From: Cryomorphaceae bacterium MED-G14
GTDB lineage: Bacteria; Bacteroidota; Bacteroidia; Flavobacteriales; Flavobacteriaceae
Direction: 5' to 3'
Assembly: GCA_002457715.1 (NCBI GenBank)
Contig: NTKN01000001.1
Span: forward strand, 6,826 to 70,825
DNA length: 64,000 bases
A program made the position numbers and the translations under genes. Below the pieces are notes generated by a model. That model saw only the letters and a list, made by a program, of their open reading frames with translations. It made no database searches and was not told the origin of the DNA. Shown in pieces: positions 1 through 8,682 of this stretch (position 1 is the stretch's first letter; each line of letters begins with the position of its first letter).

Positions 1-1
1 A

Positions 2-1252
2 ATTCCAACTGGATCTTTAGAAAAATCTCTATTAATTGGAGATTTTCTATTTGTAAGCAAATATCATTATGGAGCAAGAGTACCTAAAACAGTTGTTGCT
101 TTTCCAATGGTTCATGATACAATCGTTGGAACAGGTATCAGATCATATTTAAATAAACCACAACTACCCTACTTGAGATTACCAAAAATCCAAAAAGTAA
201 AAAGAAATGAAATTGTGACATTCAACTGGCCAGCTGATACAGTAAGACAGTTTTTTATTAAAGAAAAAGGTGTTAAAAAACCTATAGATAAAAAATCTAA
301 TTACGTAAAAAGATGTGTTGCAATACCAGGTGATACTCTAGAACTCAAAAATGGATTAATTTATATAAATAATGATATCAGTGAATTTCCATACAGAGCG
401 AAACCAGTTTATAAATATCTTGCATATTCAAAGGATGGTATTTCAAGTCAAAAATTATCAAAACTTGGAATTTCAGACTTTCAAAGAAAGTTTATAGTTT
501 CGAAGAGAAATCAAAGATCATTCGAGTTTCTTAGACCATTCATTCTAAATATAACTGATAATAATTCTGAAAATTTTTCAATCATAACAGGATCTAATGG
601 AATTCCAAAAAATATTATTATCAAAAACCGATTATCAATCAAAGAGGTTACTGAAACTGTAAAGAGCCTCAGTTTGACTGAAAATGATTTTAAATTAATA
701 AATAAAAGCTCTATAGTTGATAGTATTGTTAGGGATTACAATAAAAATAAATCCTACAATACATCATTTTTTCCTAACGATATTTCATATGATTGGAATG
801 AAGATAATCTTGGGCCATTAGTTATTCCAAAAAAAGATGCAATAGTTAAATTAAATTTAAAAAATTTACCATTATATAAGAAAATCATTAGGGATTATGA
901 AAAAAACACTTTAGATGTTCAAAATCAGAAAATAATTATAAATAATCAAATTGTTGATAGCTATAAATTTAAAATGGATTATTATTGGATGATGGGAGAC
1001 AACAGATATAATTCAGAGGACAGTAGAGTTTGGGGGTTTGTTCCTGATGATCATATTTTAGGTAAGCCGATTTTTATTTGGATGAGTATTGAAGGAATTA
1101 ATGATGGATTTAAAAATTGGAAAATACGATGGGATAGAGTCTTCACTACAATCCATGAGGATGGTGAACCAAAATCTTATTTCATACACTTCATAATCTT
1201 TGTTGTTTTAATTTGGTCAATAAATAAATTTTTACTGAAAAAGAAAATTTAA
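2..1252 (+). CDS. lepB: signal peptidase I, 5' end cut by the window edge
   Basis: The frame is open from nt 2. IPTGSLEKSLLIGDFLFVSK is the catalytic Ser box, YVKRCVAIPGD the Lys box, and GDNRYNSEDSRVWGFVP box E. There is a C-terminal hydrophobic segment. Confidence 0.9.
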   Translation: MPTGSLEKSLLIGDFLFVSKYHYGARVPKTVVAFPMVHDTIVGTGIRSYLNKPQLPYLRLPKIQKVKRNEIVTFNWPADTVRQFFIKEKGVKKPIDKKSNYVKRCVAIPGDTLELKNGLIYINNDISEFPYRAKPVYKYLAYSKDGISSQKLSKLGISDFQRKFIVSKRNQRSFEFLRPFILNITDNNSENFSIITGSNGIPKNIIIKNRLSIKEVTETVKSLSLTENDFKLINKSSIVDSIVRDYNKNKSYNTSFFPNDISYDWNEDNLGPLVIPKKDAIVKLNLKNLPLYKKIIRDYEKNTLDVQNQKIIINNQIVDSYKFKMDYYWMMGDNRYNSEDSRVWGFVPDDHILGKPIFIWMSIEGINDGFKNWKIRWDRVFTTIHEDGEPKSYFIHFIIFVVLIWSINKFLLKKKI

Positions 1253-1254
1253 TT

Positions 1255-1836
1255 TTGATTACTCTAATTCCAGCATATTTCCCTCCAATTTCGCATTGGA
1301 AGTACATCCTCAAAAATTGTAGTTGGGATATTGACTCTTATTATAAAAAACAAACTTTAAGAAACAGAACATACATTCACGGAGCTAATGGTTTATTGAT
1401 GCTTACTGTTCCAATAAAACACTCAGGTACAGGAAAAAAAAGAAAGTTTATTGAAATTGAAATTGAAAATGATCACGGATGGAAAAGAAAACATTTTAAA
1501 TCAATTAAAATAGCCTACCAATCCTCACCTTATTATGAATATTATGAAAGTTATCTTATTGAACTTTTTAACAAGGATTTCAAAAAACTTTTTAATCTAA
1601 ACTTAGCTTCAATTGAATTAATTTCAAAATGCTTAAATCTAGAACTTAAGAACAGAGTTTTAAAAATTAATTCAAGAATCAATAATTCATCTTATGAAAT
1701 CATTAATATTAAAAGGTCAAAAGAAAAAAATAAAAAATATATTCAAACATTTCAGGAAAAAAATGGATTTATTAATGACTTGAGTATATTAGATCTTTTA
1801 TTTAATTGTGGCCCCCAGTCATTAGATTTTTTATAA
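1255..1836 (+). CDS. WbqC-like family protein, function unknown
   Basis: 193-aa ORF with a TTG start 2 nt after the lepB stop. Segments YYKKQTLRNRTYIHGANGLLMLTVPIKHS and SPYYEYYE match my memory of the WbqC-like family. Not verified by a search. Confidence 0.65.
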   Translation: MITLIPAYFPPISHWKYILKNCSWDIDSYYKKQTLRNRTYIHGANGLLMLTVPIKHSGTGKKRKFIEIEIENDHGWKRKHFKSIKIAYQSSPYYEYYESYLIELFNKDFKKLFNLNLASIELISKCLNLELKNRVLKINSRINNSSYEIINIKRSKEKNKKYIQTFQEKNGFINDLSILDLLFNCGPQSLDFL

Positions 1837-1840
1837 AAAT

Positions 1841-2119
1841 GGCAGACCTGTAAGCCGGATTCTGTCTAGCCTTATCATTTATCTTGACACAAAATTACTA
1901 ATATGTTCTAACCGCCTACCCTTCAATTTCGGATGAGTAATCCTCTAGCATTGATTTACTTGGCGTTTCACCTCACAGAGTTTACATGATTTCACTACAG
2001 CCGAACTGTACATACTTTCTGTTGCACTATTCCTACTATTACTAGCGGTGGGTGTTACCCACTGTGATACTCAATGGTGTCCGGACTTTCCTCTTTAAAA
2101 AGCGATAAGGAAGTCTGCC
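1841..2119 (-). ncRNA. rnpB: RNase P RNA, bacterial type A, compact (~279 nt)
   Basis: The minus strand reads GGCAGACUUCC..AGAGGAAAGUCCGGACACC..GGGUAACACCCACC..CAACAGAAAGU..AGACAGAAUCCGGCUUACAGGUCUGCC. Both P4 strands are present, and the termini pair as P1 (GGCAGAC/GUCUGCC). No ORF covers the region. Confidence 0.88.
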
Positions 2120-2123
2120 ATAA

Positions 2124-2131
2124 CAAATGTA
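2124..2131 (-). promoter_or_regulatory. Bacteroidota sigma-A -7 box (TACATTTG) for rnpB
   Basis: Exact TAnnTTTG on the minus strand, ending 4 nt upstream of the predicted RNase P RNA 5' G at 2119. Confidence 0.5.
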
Positions 2132-2172
2132 ATATATTTTATTTTTTTATATAAAAAAATGGATCACTAGTC

Positions 2173-2180
2173 TATATTTG
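2173..2180 (+). promoter_or_regulatory. -7 box (TATATTTG) for dnaX
   Basis: Exact TAnnTTTG ending 5 nt before the dnaX ATG at 2186. No clear -33 TTG was seen. Confidence 0.4.
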
Positions 2181-2185
2181 TAGTT

Positions 2186-3868
2186 ATGAGTAAGTTTGTT
2201 GTTTCTTCTTTAAAATATAGGCCCAATTTGTTTGAAAAGGTCATAGGACAAGAAAATATAACTAAAACTCTTAAAAACTCAATTGCTGATCAAAAAATTC
2301 CTTCTGCAATTTTATTTTGTGGACCTAGAGGAGTTGGAAAAACATCTTGTGCTAGAATATTTGCTAGAGAAATTAACAAATTTACCCTGCATGATGATCT
2401 TTCTTTTAATATTTTTGAGCTTGATGCTGCATCTAACAACAAAGTTGAAGACATTCGTGACTTAATTGATAAAGTTAGAATTCCTCCTCAGATTGGAAAA
2501 TACAAAGTATATATTATTGATGAAGTTCATATGTTATCTAAAAGCGCTGAAAATGCTTTTTTAAAAACTTTGGAAGAACCCCCTCCATACATAGTTTTTA
2601 TTTTGGCCACAACAGAAAAAAACAAAATACTTCCGACAATTTTGTCCAGATGTCAAATCTATGATTTTAATAGAGTCAATGAAATTGAAATTACTAAGAA
2701 CTTACAACAAATTTGTGAGAATGAAAATGTAGAATATGACATAGAAGCTCTTAAAATTATCTCAAGTAAATCCGATGGATCAATTAGAGACTCTCTTACT
2801 ATTTTAGATCGATTAATAAGTTTTACCAATAAAAATATTACAATCGAAGAAACGTCAAAAACCCTAAATGTTTTAGATGAAGAAACATATATTAATATTG
2901 TTGAAAAAACAATTACAGGTTCAATAGTAGAAGTAATTATGATTTTTAACAGTGTTACAGAAAAAGGATTTGACGAAAAAGAATTTCTTATTGGATTAGC
3001 AAATCATTATAGAAATTTATTAATTATTAAATCAACAAATTCTCAACAGTTTTTGATAAACGAATCTACTAATAAACTTTTATTGGAACAGTCCAAAAAA
3101 ATTTCAAAATCTGAAATTATTGAACGAATAACCAAAATAGAAAATTCAATTTTTAAATTCTCGGAAATTGAAAACAAGAGACTTTTAGTTGAAATACTTT
3201 TAATGAAAATTTCTTCAATCAAAGATAAAGACTCAGGAATTGAAACTAGTGAAATTGAAAAAAAAAAATCAGAATTAAAAAAACCTGACCAAATTCAAGA
3301 AATTACAAATTCTGTTGAAATAAAAGAATCTTCAAAAAATGAAAAAGATTTAAAAAAAAATGAAATTGAATTTAAGCCTAAAAAAGAAATAAATACAAAT
3401 AAAATTAATACTGATGTTTCTGCATTTTCTTTATCTAGCCTAAAACTTAAAAAAAAAATTAATGATGAAATAAAAAAAATTGAAAGTTCTAAAGAAAAAA
3501 AAGATCAGGAGTTAGAAATTTATAATTTAAAAGAAAAATGGAATTTGTATTCAAATGAATTAGAAAAAAAAGGAAAGGGGAATTATTCAAGTTTATTAAC
3601 TCTAAATGAACCAAAAATTGAGGACAAAAGAAATATTGTTTATAATGTACCAACTAAATCAAGTAAGAAAGAGCTAATTGAAATTAAACAAGATTTAACA
3701 CGATTTTTAAAATCAAGTTTGAAAAATGATTATTTAGTTTTAAAATTTGAAGTTAATATTGAAGCTAATAAAGAATTTTTCCTAACTCCAAAAGAAAAAT
3801 ATGAAAAGTTAAAGGAAATTAATCCCACAATTGAAAAACTAAAAACAGATTTAAAACTTGATTTTTGA
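2186..3868 (+). CDS. dnaX: DNA polymerase III subunit gamma/tau
   Basis: Walker A GPRGVGKTS, Walker B DEVHML, and SRCQIYDF. The conserved part ends near residue 345. The rest is a K/E-rich low-complexity linker encoded by poly(A) tracts, followed by a short conserved C-terminus. Confidence 0.95.
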   Translation: MSKFVVSSLKYRPNLFEKVIGQENITKTLKNSIADQKIPSAILFCGPRGVGKTSCARIFAREINKFTLHDDLSFNIFELDAASNNKVEDIRDLIDKVRIPPQIGKYKVYIIDEVHMLSKSAENAFLKTLEEPPPYIVFILATTEKNKILPTILSRCQIYDFNRVNEIEITKNLQQICENENVEYDIEALKIISSKSDGSIRDSLTILDRLISFTNKNITIEETSKTLNVLDEETYINIVEKTITGSIVEVIMIFNSVTEKGFDEKEFLIGLANHYRNLLIIKSTNSQQFLINESTNKLLLEQSKKISKSEIIERITKIENSIFKFSEIENKRLLVEILLMKISSIKDKDSGIETSEIEKKKSELKKPDQIQEITNSVEIKESSKNEKDLKKNEIEFKPKKEINTNKINTDVSAFSLSSLKLKKKINDEIKKIESSKEKKDQELEIYNLKEKWNLYSNELEKKGKGNYSSLLTLNEPKIEDKRNIVYNVPTKSSKKELIEIKQDLTRFLKSSLKNDYLVLKFEVNIEANKEFFLTPKEKYEKLKEINPTIEKLKTDLKLDF

Positions 3869-4753
3869 ATTTATTATTTTTTTAACCATTCCATCTGCCA
3901 AACCAATTTTAGGAACATATATTTTTTTAATGCTTAAGGTTTTCATAAGGAAATAATAAATTTTTCCAGCAGGAAGTATTACATCAATCCTATCAGGATT
4001 AAGCTTTAAATCTAAGAGCATTTTCTTTAATGAAGTTTTCTTTAATTTTTTTATTGTAGACTTAAATTTTGAGCTAGATAAAGGTTTTCCATACTTGTTG
4101 CCTGAAAGCTTGAATATTTTATTAATATTACCACCAATACCTACTAATTTAATTTTTTTTATTTCAGATGCATTTTCTAGTAACCAAAACTTAAATTCAT
4201 CCCATGATTCCTCAGAAACCAAATCATTTAATAATCTTACTCCTCCAATTTTAAAAGATTTTGATTTATGTAGTTTATGATTCTTATATATAATTACTTC
4301 CGTACTGCCACCACCAACATCAACAAAACAATAATTTGGTGAATTACCTATATGATCAGTCATATCATTACTGGCAACTATTTCAGATTCCTTTTTACCG
4401 GATATTATTTCAATTTTAATTTTTGTTTCCCTAAAAACATAATCTAATATTTCCTGTCCATTAGACGCGTTTCTAAGAGCTGAAGTAGCGTATGCTAAAT
4501 ATTCATTAATCTCATTGGCTTCCATAAGGAACTTAAATGATAGTATAGTATTCATTAACTTATTTTTAGAAGAATCAGCTATTTTACTAGTCAAAAAAGA
4601 ATCTTGCCCTAATCTTACAGGAACTCTATGAAGTGAATTTTTAGTATGATATAATTTACCATCTAATCTTATTATATTAGAAATTAGTAATCTTATTGCA
4701 TTGGATCCAATATCAATTGTTGCAACTTTTTTTATTAAAATATTATTTTTCAA
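3851..4753 (-). CDS. ppx: Ppx/GppA-family exopolyphosphatase (short, 300 aa)
   Basis: ASKHA-fold phosphate motifs IDIGSNAIRLLI and DVGGGSTEV. It overlaps ppk1 by 11 nt and the dnaX 3' end by 18 nt. Confidence 0.85.
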   Translation of the reverse strand: MKNNILIKKVATIDIGSNAIRLLISNIIRLDGKLYHTKNSLHRVPVRLGQDSFLTSKIADSSKNKLMNTILSFKFLMEANEINEYLAYATSALRNASNGQEILDYVFRETKIKIEIISGKKESEIVASNDMTDHIGNSPNYCFVDVGGGSTEVIIYKNHKLHKSKSFKIGGVRLLNDLVSEESWDEFKFWLLENASEIKKIKLVGIGGNINKIFKLSGNKYGKPLSSSKFKSTIKKLKKTSLKKMLLDLKLNPDRIDVILPAGKIYYFLMKTLSIKKIYVPKIGLADGMVKKIINSKIKF

Positions 4754-6788
4754 TCTCGTTTAAATGAAATTCATAAACTTTTTCTTGAGATCTAAATTTG
4801 CCTCTATTATTACTTCTGTATTCGTTGTTTTTTAAAGAATTTACTAACCTTGCTTTGACATTGTCTTTCCAATATATATCAAAAATTTCATTTAATTTTT
4901 TTGAAATATTCTTATCCAATACAGGACAAGTAACTTCTACTCTATTTTCTAGATTTCTGGTCATCCAATCAGCTGAAGAAATATAAGTATTGTTCTTGCC
5001 TCCATTACAAAAAATAAAAAGTCTAGTATGTTCTAAAAACTTATCTACCACACTTATTACTTCAATATTTGAGCTCATATTAGGTTGATTAGGTATTAAG
5101 CAACAAATTCCTCTAATGATCATTTTAATTTTAACACCATTAATACTTGCCCTACAGAGTTCCTCGACCATAGAATAACTTGTTATATTATTAAGTTTTA
5201 TTTTAATAAAAGCTTCTTTTCCTTTTTTAGCATTAAGAATTTCATTTTCGATTAGTTCAGTAAAATGAGTTTGAGTATTATATGGTGATAAAATAAGATG
5301 CTTAAACTTAAATTTCTTGTAATTAAATTTGAAAAAATTAAACACCTTAGATACATCATTTAAAATATCTTTATTTGCAGTAAATAAGGTGAAATCAGTA
5401 TAGATTTTTGCAGTTGACTCATTAAAATTACCAGTACTTATAAAGCCATATTTTTTAATTTTTTTGTCAATTATTTTTTCAACAACACAAATTTTAGCAT
5501 GAACTTTTAAACTTGGAATTCCAAAAATTAATTTAACTCCTTCCTCCTGCATTAATTTAGCATAATCAATGTTAGCAGTTTCATCAAATCTAGCTTGCAG
5601 TTCTATTTGAACTACAACTTCTTTACCTCCTTTTGCTGCATTAATTAGAGTGTTTGCAACACTTGAAAGTCTAGATAATCGATATATAGTTATAGAAATT
5701 TTTCTAACATCAGGATCAATTGAAGCTTCAGACAGAAAACTTAAAATATGATTAAAATTATGATAGGGAGTATGTTGTAAAAAGTCTTTTTTATCCAAAG
5801 TTTCAAAAACACTTTTATTATTATTAAAATCAACAATACTTAGAGGAATAATTTTTTTATAAGTAAGTTTTGTTTTCAAATTTGGAAAATTCATGTAATC
5901 TCGACTGTTATGATATTTACCTCCAGGAATTATGCTATCAGTATCAGAGTTAATATTCATTTTGGATAATAAAAATTTAAGAGTCTCAGTATTAATTTCT
6001 TTATCATAAACAAACCTTACAGGTTCTCCTTTAAGTCTATCTTTAACGCTTTGAGATATTTTTTCTAAATAACTCTTGGATATATCGTCATCAAAATCAA
6101 GTTCCGCATCTCTACTAAATTTAATCATATTAGCAGTAACTTCTAACGGATCAAATATTTTAAATAATTGATTTAGATTATATCTTATCAAATCATCAAG
6201 CATTAATATATTTTTCTTGTTTTTATCCCCTAAAACGATAAATCTGTTAATTTCTGTCGGTAGTTGAATAAGAGCATAATAAAGTTTTTTGTTTTTTGAT
6301 TTAATACTTACAATTAAAAATGATGAAAAATCACTTAATTGAGGAAAACTATCATTTTCATTTAATAATACAATTTTTAGGTTAGGAAAAACTTTATTTT
6401 GAAAAAAGTCATTTAAATATTCTAAAGATTCTTGAGGAATATTTTTTTCATTTATGATATGAATATTTTCCTTTTTTAGATCTTTTAGAATTGAGTTAAA
6501 AATAATTGTACTTTTTTCCTGTAAATTAATAGCTCTAAGTGTTATTTTATTTAGTAGATCTTTTGCACTTTCACCTTTATAAAGTTTTTTTGCTTTTTGA
6601 TTAGATAAAGCAATTCTTTTTACAGTTGCATACCTTATTTTATAAAACTCATCTAAATTATTTGAAAAAATTCCGATAAACCTTAATCTTTCAATTAATG
6701 GAACAGAAATATCTTCAGCCTCTTGTAAAACTCTTTCATTAAAATCTAACCAACTTAATTCTCTATTCTTGAAGCTGTAAGTATTCAT
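4743..6788 (-). CDS. ppk1: polyphosphate kinase 1
   Basis: 681 aa. N-terminal RELSWLDFNERVLQEA and IFSNNLDEFYKIR. PLD-like segments KVHAKICVV and LEHTRLFIF. Confidence 0.95.
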   Translation of the reverse strand: MNTYSFKNRELSWLDFNERVLQEAEDISVPLIERLRFIGIFSNNLDEFYKIRYATVKRIALSNQKAKKLYKGESAKDLLNKITLRAINLQEKSTIIFNSILKDLKKENIHIINEKNIPQESLEYLNDFFQNKVFPNLKIVLLNENDSFPQLSDFSSFLIVSIKSKNKKLYYALIQLPTEINRFIVLGDKNKKNILMLDDLIRYNLNQLFKIFDPLEVTANMIKFSRDAELDFDDDISKSYLEKISQSVKDRLKGEPVRFVYDKEINTETLKFLLSKMNINSDTDSIIPGGKYHNSRDYMNFPNLKTKLTYKKIIPLSIVDFNNNKSVFETLDKKDFLQHTPYHNFNHILSFLSEASIDPDVRKISITIYRLSRLSSVANTLINAAKGGKEVVVQIELQARFDETANIDYAKLMQEEGVKLIFGIPSLKVHAKICVVEKIIDKKIKKYGFISTGNFNESTAKIYTDFTLFTANKDILNDVSKVFNFFKFNYKKFKFKHLILSPYNTQTHFTELIENEILNAKKGKEAFIKIKLNNITSYSMVEELCRASINGVKIKMIIRGICCLIPNQPNMSSNIEVISVVDKFLEHTRLFIFCNGGKNNTYISSADWMTRNLENRVEVTCPVLDKNISKKLNEIFDIYWKDNVKARLVNSLKNNEYRSNNRGKFRSQEKVYEFHLNEIEK

Positions 6789-7264
6789 CTAAAACTTTTT
6801 GGAAAATAATAACTAATATCAGAATCAGAAATATCTTTCCACAAAGATACATTAAATTCAAAAATTAATATACCACAAGTTGGAACATGTAAATATTGAT
6901 TTGTAAACTTTACTACTAAATTATTACAAGTATTATTATGAGTAACTATTAAAATACTTGAGTATGAATCATCAACATCTTTGATAAAATTTAAAACTTT
7001 ATCTCCATGAAAATCATATAAATCATCTTCAATTGAAAAATTATTTTCTAGAAAGAGTTTATTCTTTTTGAAAAATTCAAAAGTTTGGATTGTTCTCTTG
7101 GCTTTACTTATGTAAATATGGTCTAGGTTAATATCTAATTTTTTCAGGATAATAGACATTAGTTTAATGTCATTTTTACCTCTTTTAGAAATTGGACGTT
7201 CTAAATCAGGTAAGTCAAAACTCCAATCAGATTTTGCATGTCTAATTAGAATTAACTTTTTCAT
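6785..7264 (-). CDS. SixA-type histidine phosphatase family protein
   Basis: 159 aa. LILIRHAKS is the RHG-type catalytic motif and ILIVTHNN carries the second His. The stop overlaps the ppk1 start in an ATGA-type 4-nt overlap. Confidence 0.75.
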   Translation of the reverse strand: MKKLILIRHAKSDWSFDLPDLERPISKRGKNDIKLMSIILKKLDINLDHIYISKAKRTIQTFEFFKKNKLFLENNFSIEDDLYDFHGDKVLNFIKDVDDSYSSILIVTHNNTCNNLVVKFTNQYLHVPTCGILIFEFNVSLWKDISDSDISYYFPKSFR

Positions 7265-7896
7265 GGACTAAGTCTCTTAAATAACCATGAATTATCATTT
7301 TTATAATAAAGAATTCTGTCGTGAAGTCTGTTTTTTCTTCCTTGCCAAAATTCAACATTAATCGGATTAATTATATATCCACCCCAATTTAGAGGTCTTA
7401 ATATTTCCGTTTTATCAGACTTAAAAGAGTCAAATTTATTTTCTATGTAATCACGGTTTGGAATTTCAGAACTCTGATTAGAAATTATAGCTCCAATCTG
7501 ACTGTCAATTGGTCTGGAATAGAAGTATTTATCCGATTCTTTATTGGTTATCTTACTACAAATTCCTTCTATTATAACTTGTCTTTCAAACGAAGGCCAA
7601 AAAAAGGAAATAGAGACATTTGGATTATTATTAATGTCAATTCCTTTTTTACTTTTATAATTGGTGTAAAAAACAAAACCCTTTTCAGAAAATTTCTTGA
7701 GTAATACGACTCTATTTCTTGGTTTATTTTCATTGCTTACAGTACTTAAAGTCATAGCATTAGGTTCAAGAACAGAATTTGACTTACATAATTCTTCAAA
7801 CCAAATTTGAAATAACTTAATTGGTTCCTTAGGTAAATGTTGTTCAATCAAACTTAATTTATCATAACTAATTCTAAAATCAGATAGATCCTTCAT
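7261..7896 (-). CDS. pdxH: pyridoxamine 5'-phosphate oxidase
   Basis: NRVVLLKKFSEKGFVFYTNYKSKKG and the C-terminal EFWQGRKNRLHDR signature. 211 aa. Confidence 0.9.
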   Translation of the reverse strand: MKDLSDFRISYDKLSLIEQHLPKEPIKLFQIWFEELCKSNSVLEPNAMTLSTVSNENKPRNRVVLLKKFSEKGFVFYTNYKSKKGIDINNNPNVSISFFWPSFERQVIIEGICSKITNKESDKYFYSRPIDSQIGAIISNQSSEIPNRDYIENKFDSFKSDKTEILRPLNWGGYIINPINVEFWQGRKNRLHDRILYYKNDNSWLFKRLSP

Positions 7897-7911
7897 ATAG
7901 TAAAAATATAA

Positions 7912-8682
7912 CTAAAAATTATATTTCTGACCTTGTTCAGCTATATGAGAGTTTTGAAAAATTTCTGATGCTTCAATCTTAAAGTTTTCTAAAGTCTTAT
8001 AACGAGTAGAAAAATGTCCCATAAGAAGCATTTTAACATTGGCTTCCTTTGCAATTTTAGCAGCATCAACTGAAGTTGAATGTTTTGTTTTACTGGCAAG
8101 TAGTTTATGTTGTTTCAAAAAAGTTGCTTCGTGATAAAGCAAATCAATATTTTTAATTTTCTCTACAATATTAGGATTATATGCCGTGTCTGAACAATAG
8201 GCATATTTAAATATTTTATCATTTAGAGTAATTGTAAATTTAAATGCATTACAAGAGATTCGATGGTCTAATTTAAAAGTTTCAACTTTTAAATGATTTT
8301 CTGAGTAAATTTCATCTTCTTCTTTGTCAATTTCTTTTATTTTAATGTGAAAGCTAGTCCAAGATTTACCATGTTTAAACATGGTAGTCAGAATTTCTTT
8401 TATTCCTGTGGGAGCGAATAAATTAAGTGTTTTTGTTCTACCCTTTCTATTCATTGTCGTAATTAGTCCAGGTAAACCAAAATAATGATCACCATGTAAA
8501 TGTGAAATAAATATGTTATTAATAGAACTTAGTTTAATTTGATGTTTATTAAGTAAAGCTTGTGTAGCTTCACCACAATCTATCAAATAAGTTTGATTTT
8601 TGTGAAAAAGCACCTGACTTGATTGATACTTATTCAACGTCATACTTGCTGAATAACATCCTAAAATCTGAATATAACCCAT
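7912..8682 (-). CDS. MBL-fold hydrolase, RNase Z/ElaC-like, without the flexible arm
   Basis: HLHGDH (residues 61-66), LDH (His140), CSDT (Asp165), YHEATF and GHFSTRY match the RNase Z metal ligands. At 256 aa it is about 45 aa shorter than typical short-form RNase Z. Confidence 0.75.
   Translation of the reverse strand: MGYIQILGCYSASMTLNKYQSSQVLFHKNQTYLIDCGEATQALLNKHQIKLSSINNIFISHLHGDHYFGLPGLITTMNRKGRTKTLNLFAPTGIKEILTTMFKHGKSWTSFHIKIKEIDKEEDEIYSENHLKVETFKLDHRISCNAFKFTITLNDKIFKYAYCSDTAYNPNIVEKIKNIDLLYHEATFLKQHKLLASKTKHSTSVDAAKIAKEANVKMLLMGHFSTRYKTLENFKIEASEIFQNSHIAEQGQKYNF

Noticed and set aside
2283-2465. A 60-aa alternative-frame ORF lies inside dnaX. Similar short ORFs occur inside ppx, ppk1, dnaK, leuC, leuD, lon, the MFS gene, msrB, fabI, coaBC, ligA, mltG, rplS and the TonB-dependent receptor.
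   Set aside because: All are nested in well-supported genes, are 60-76 aa long, and have no motifs or promoter boxes. They are treated as chance ORFs.
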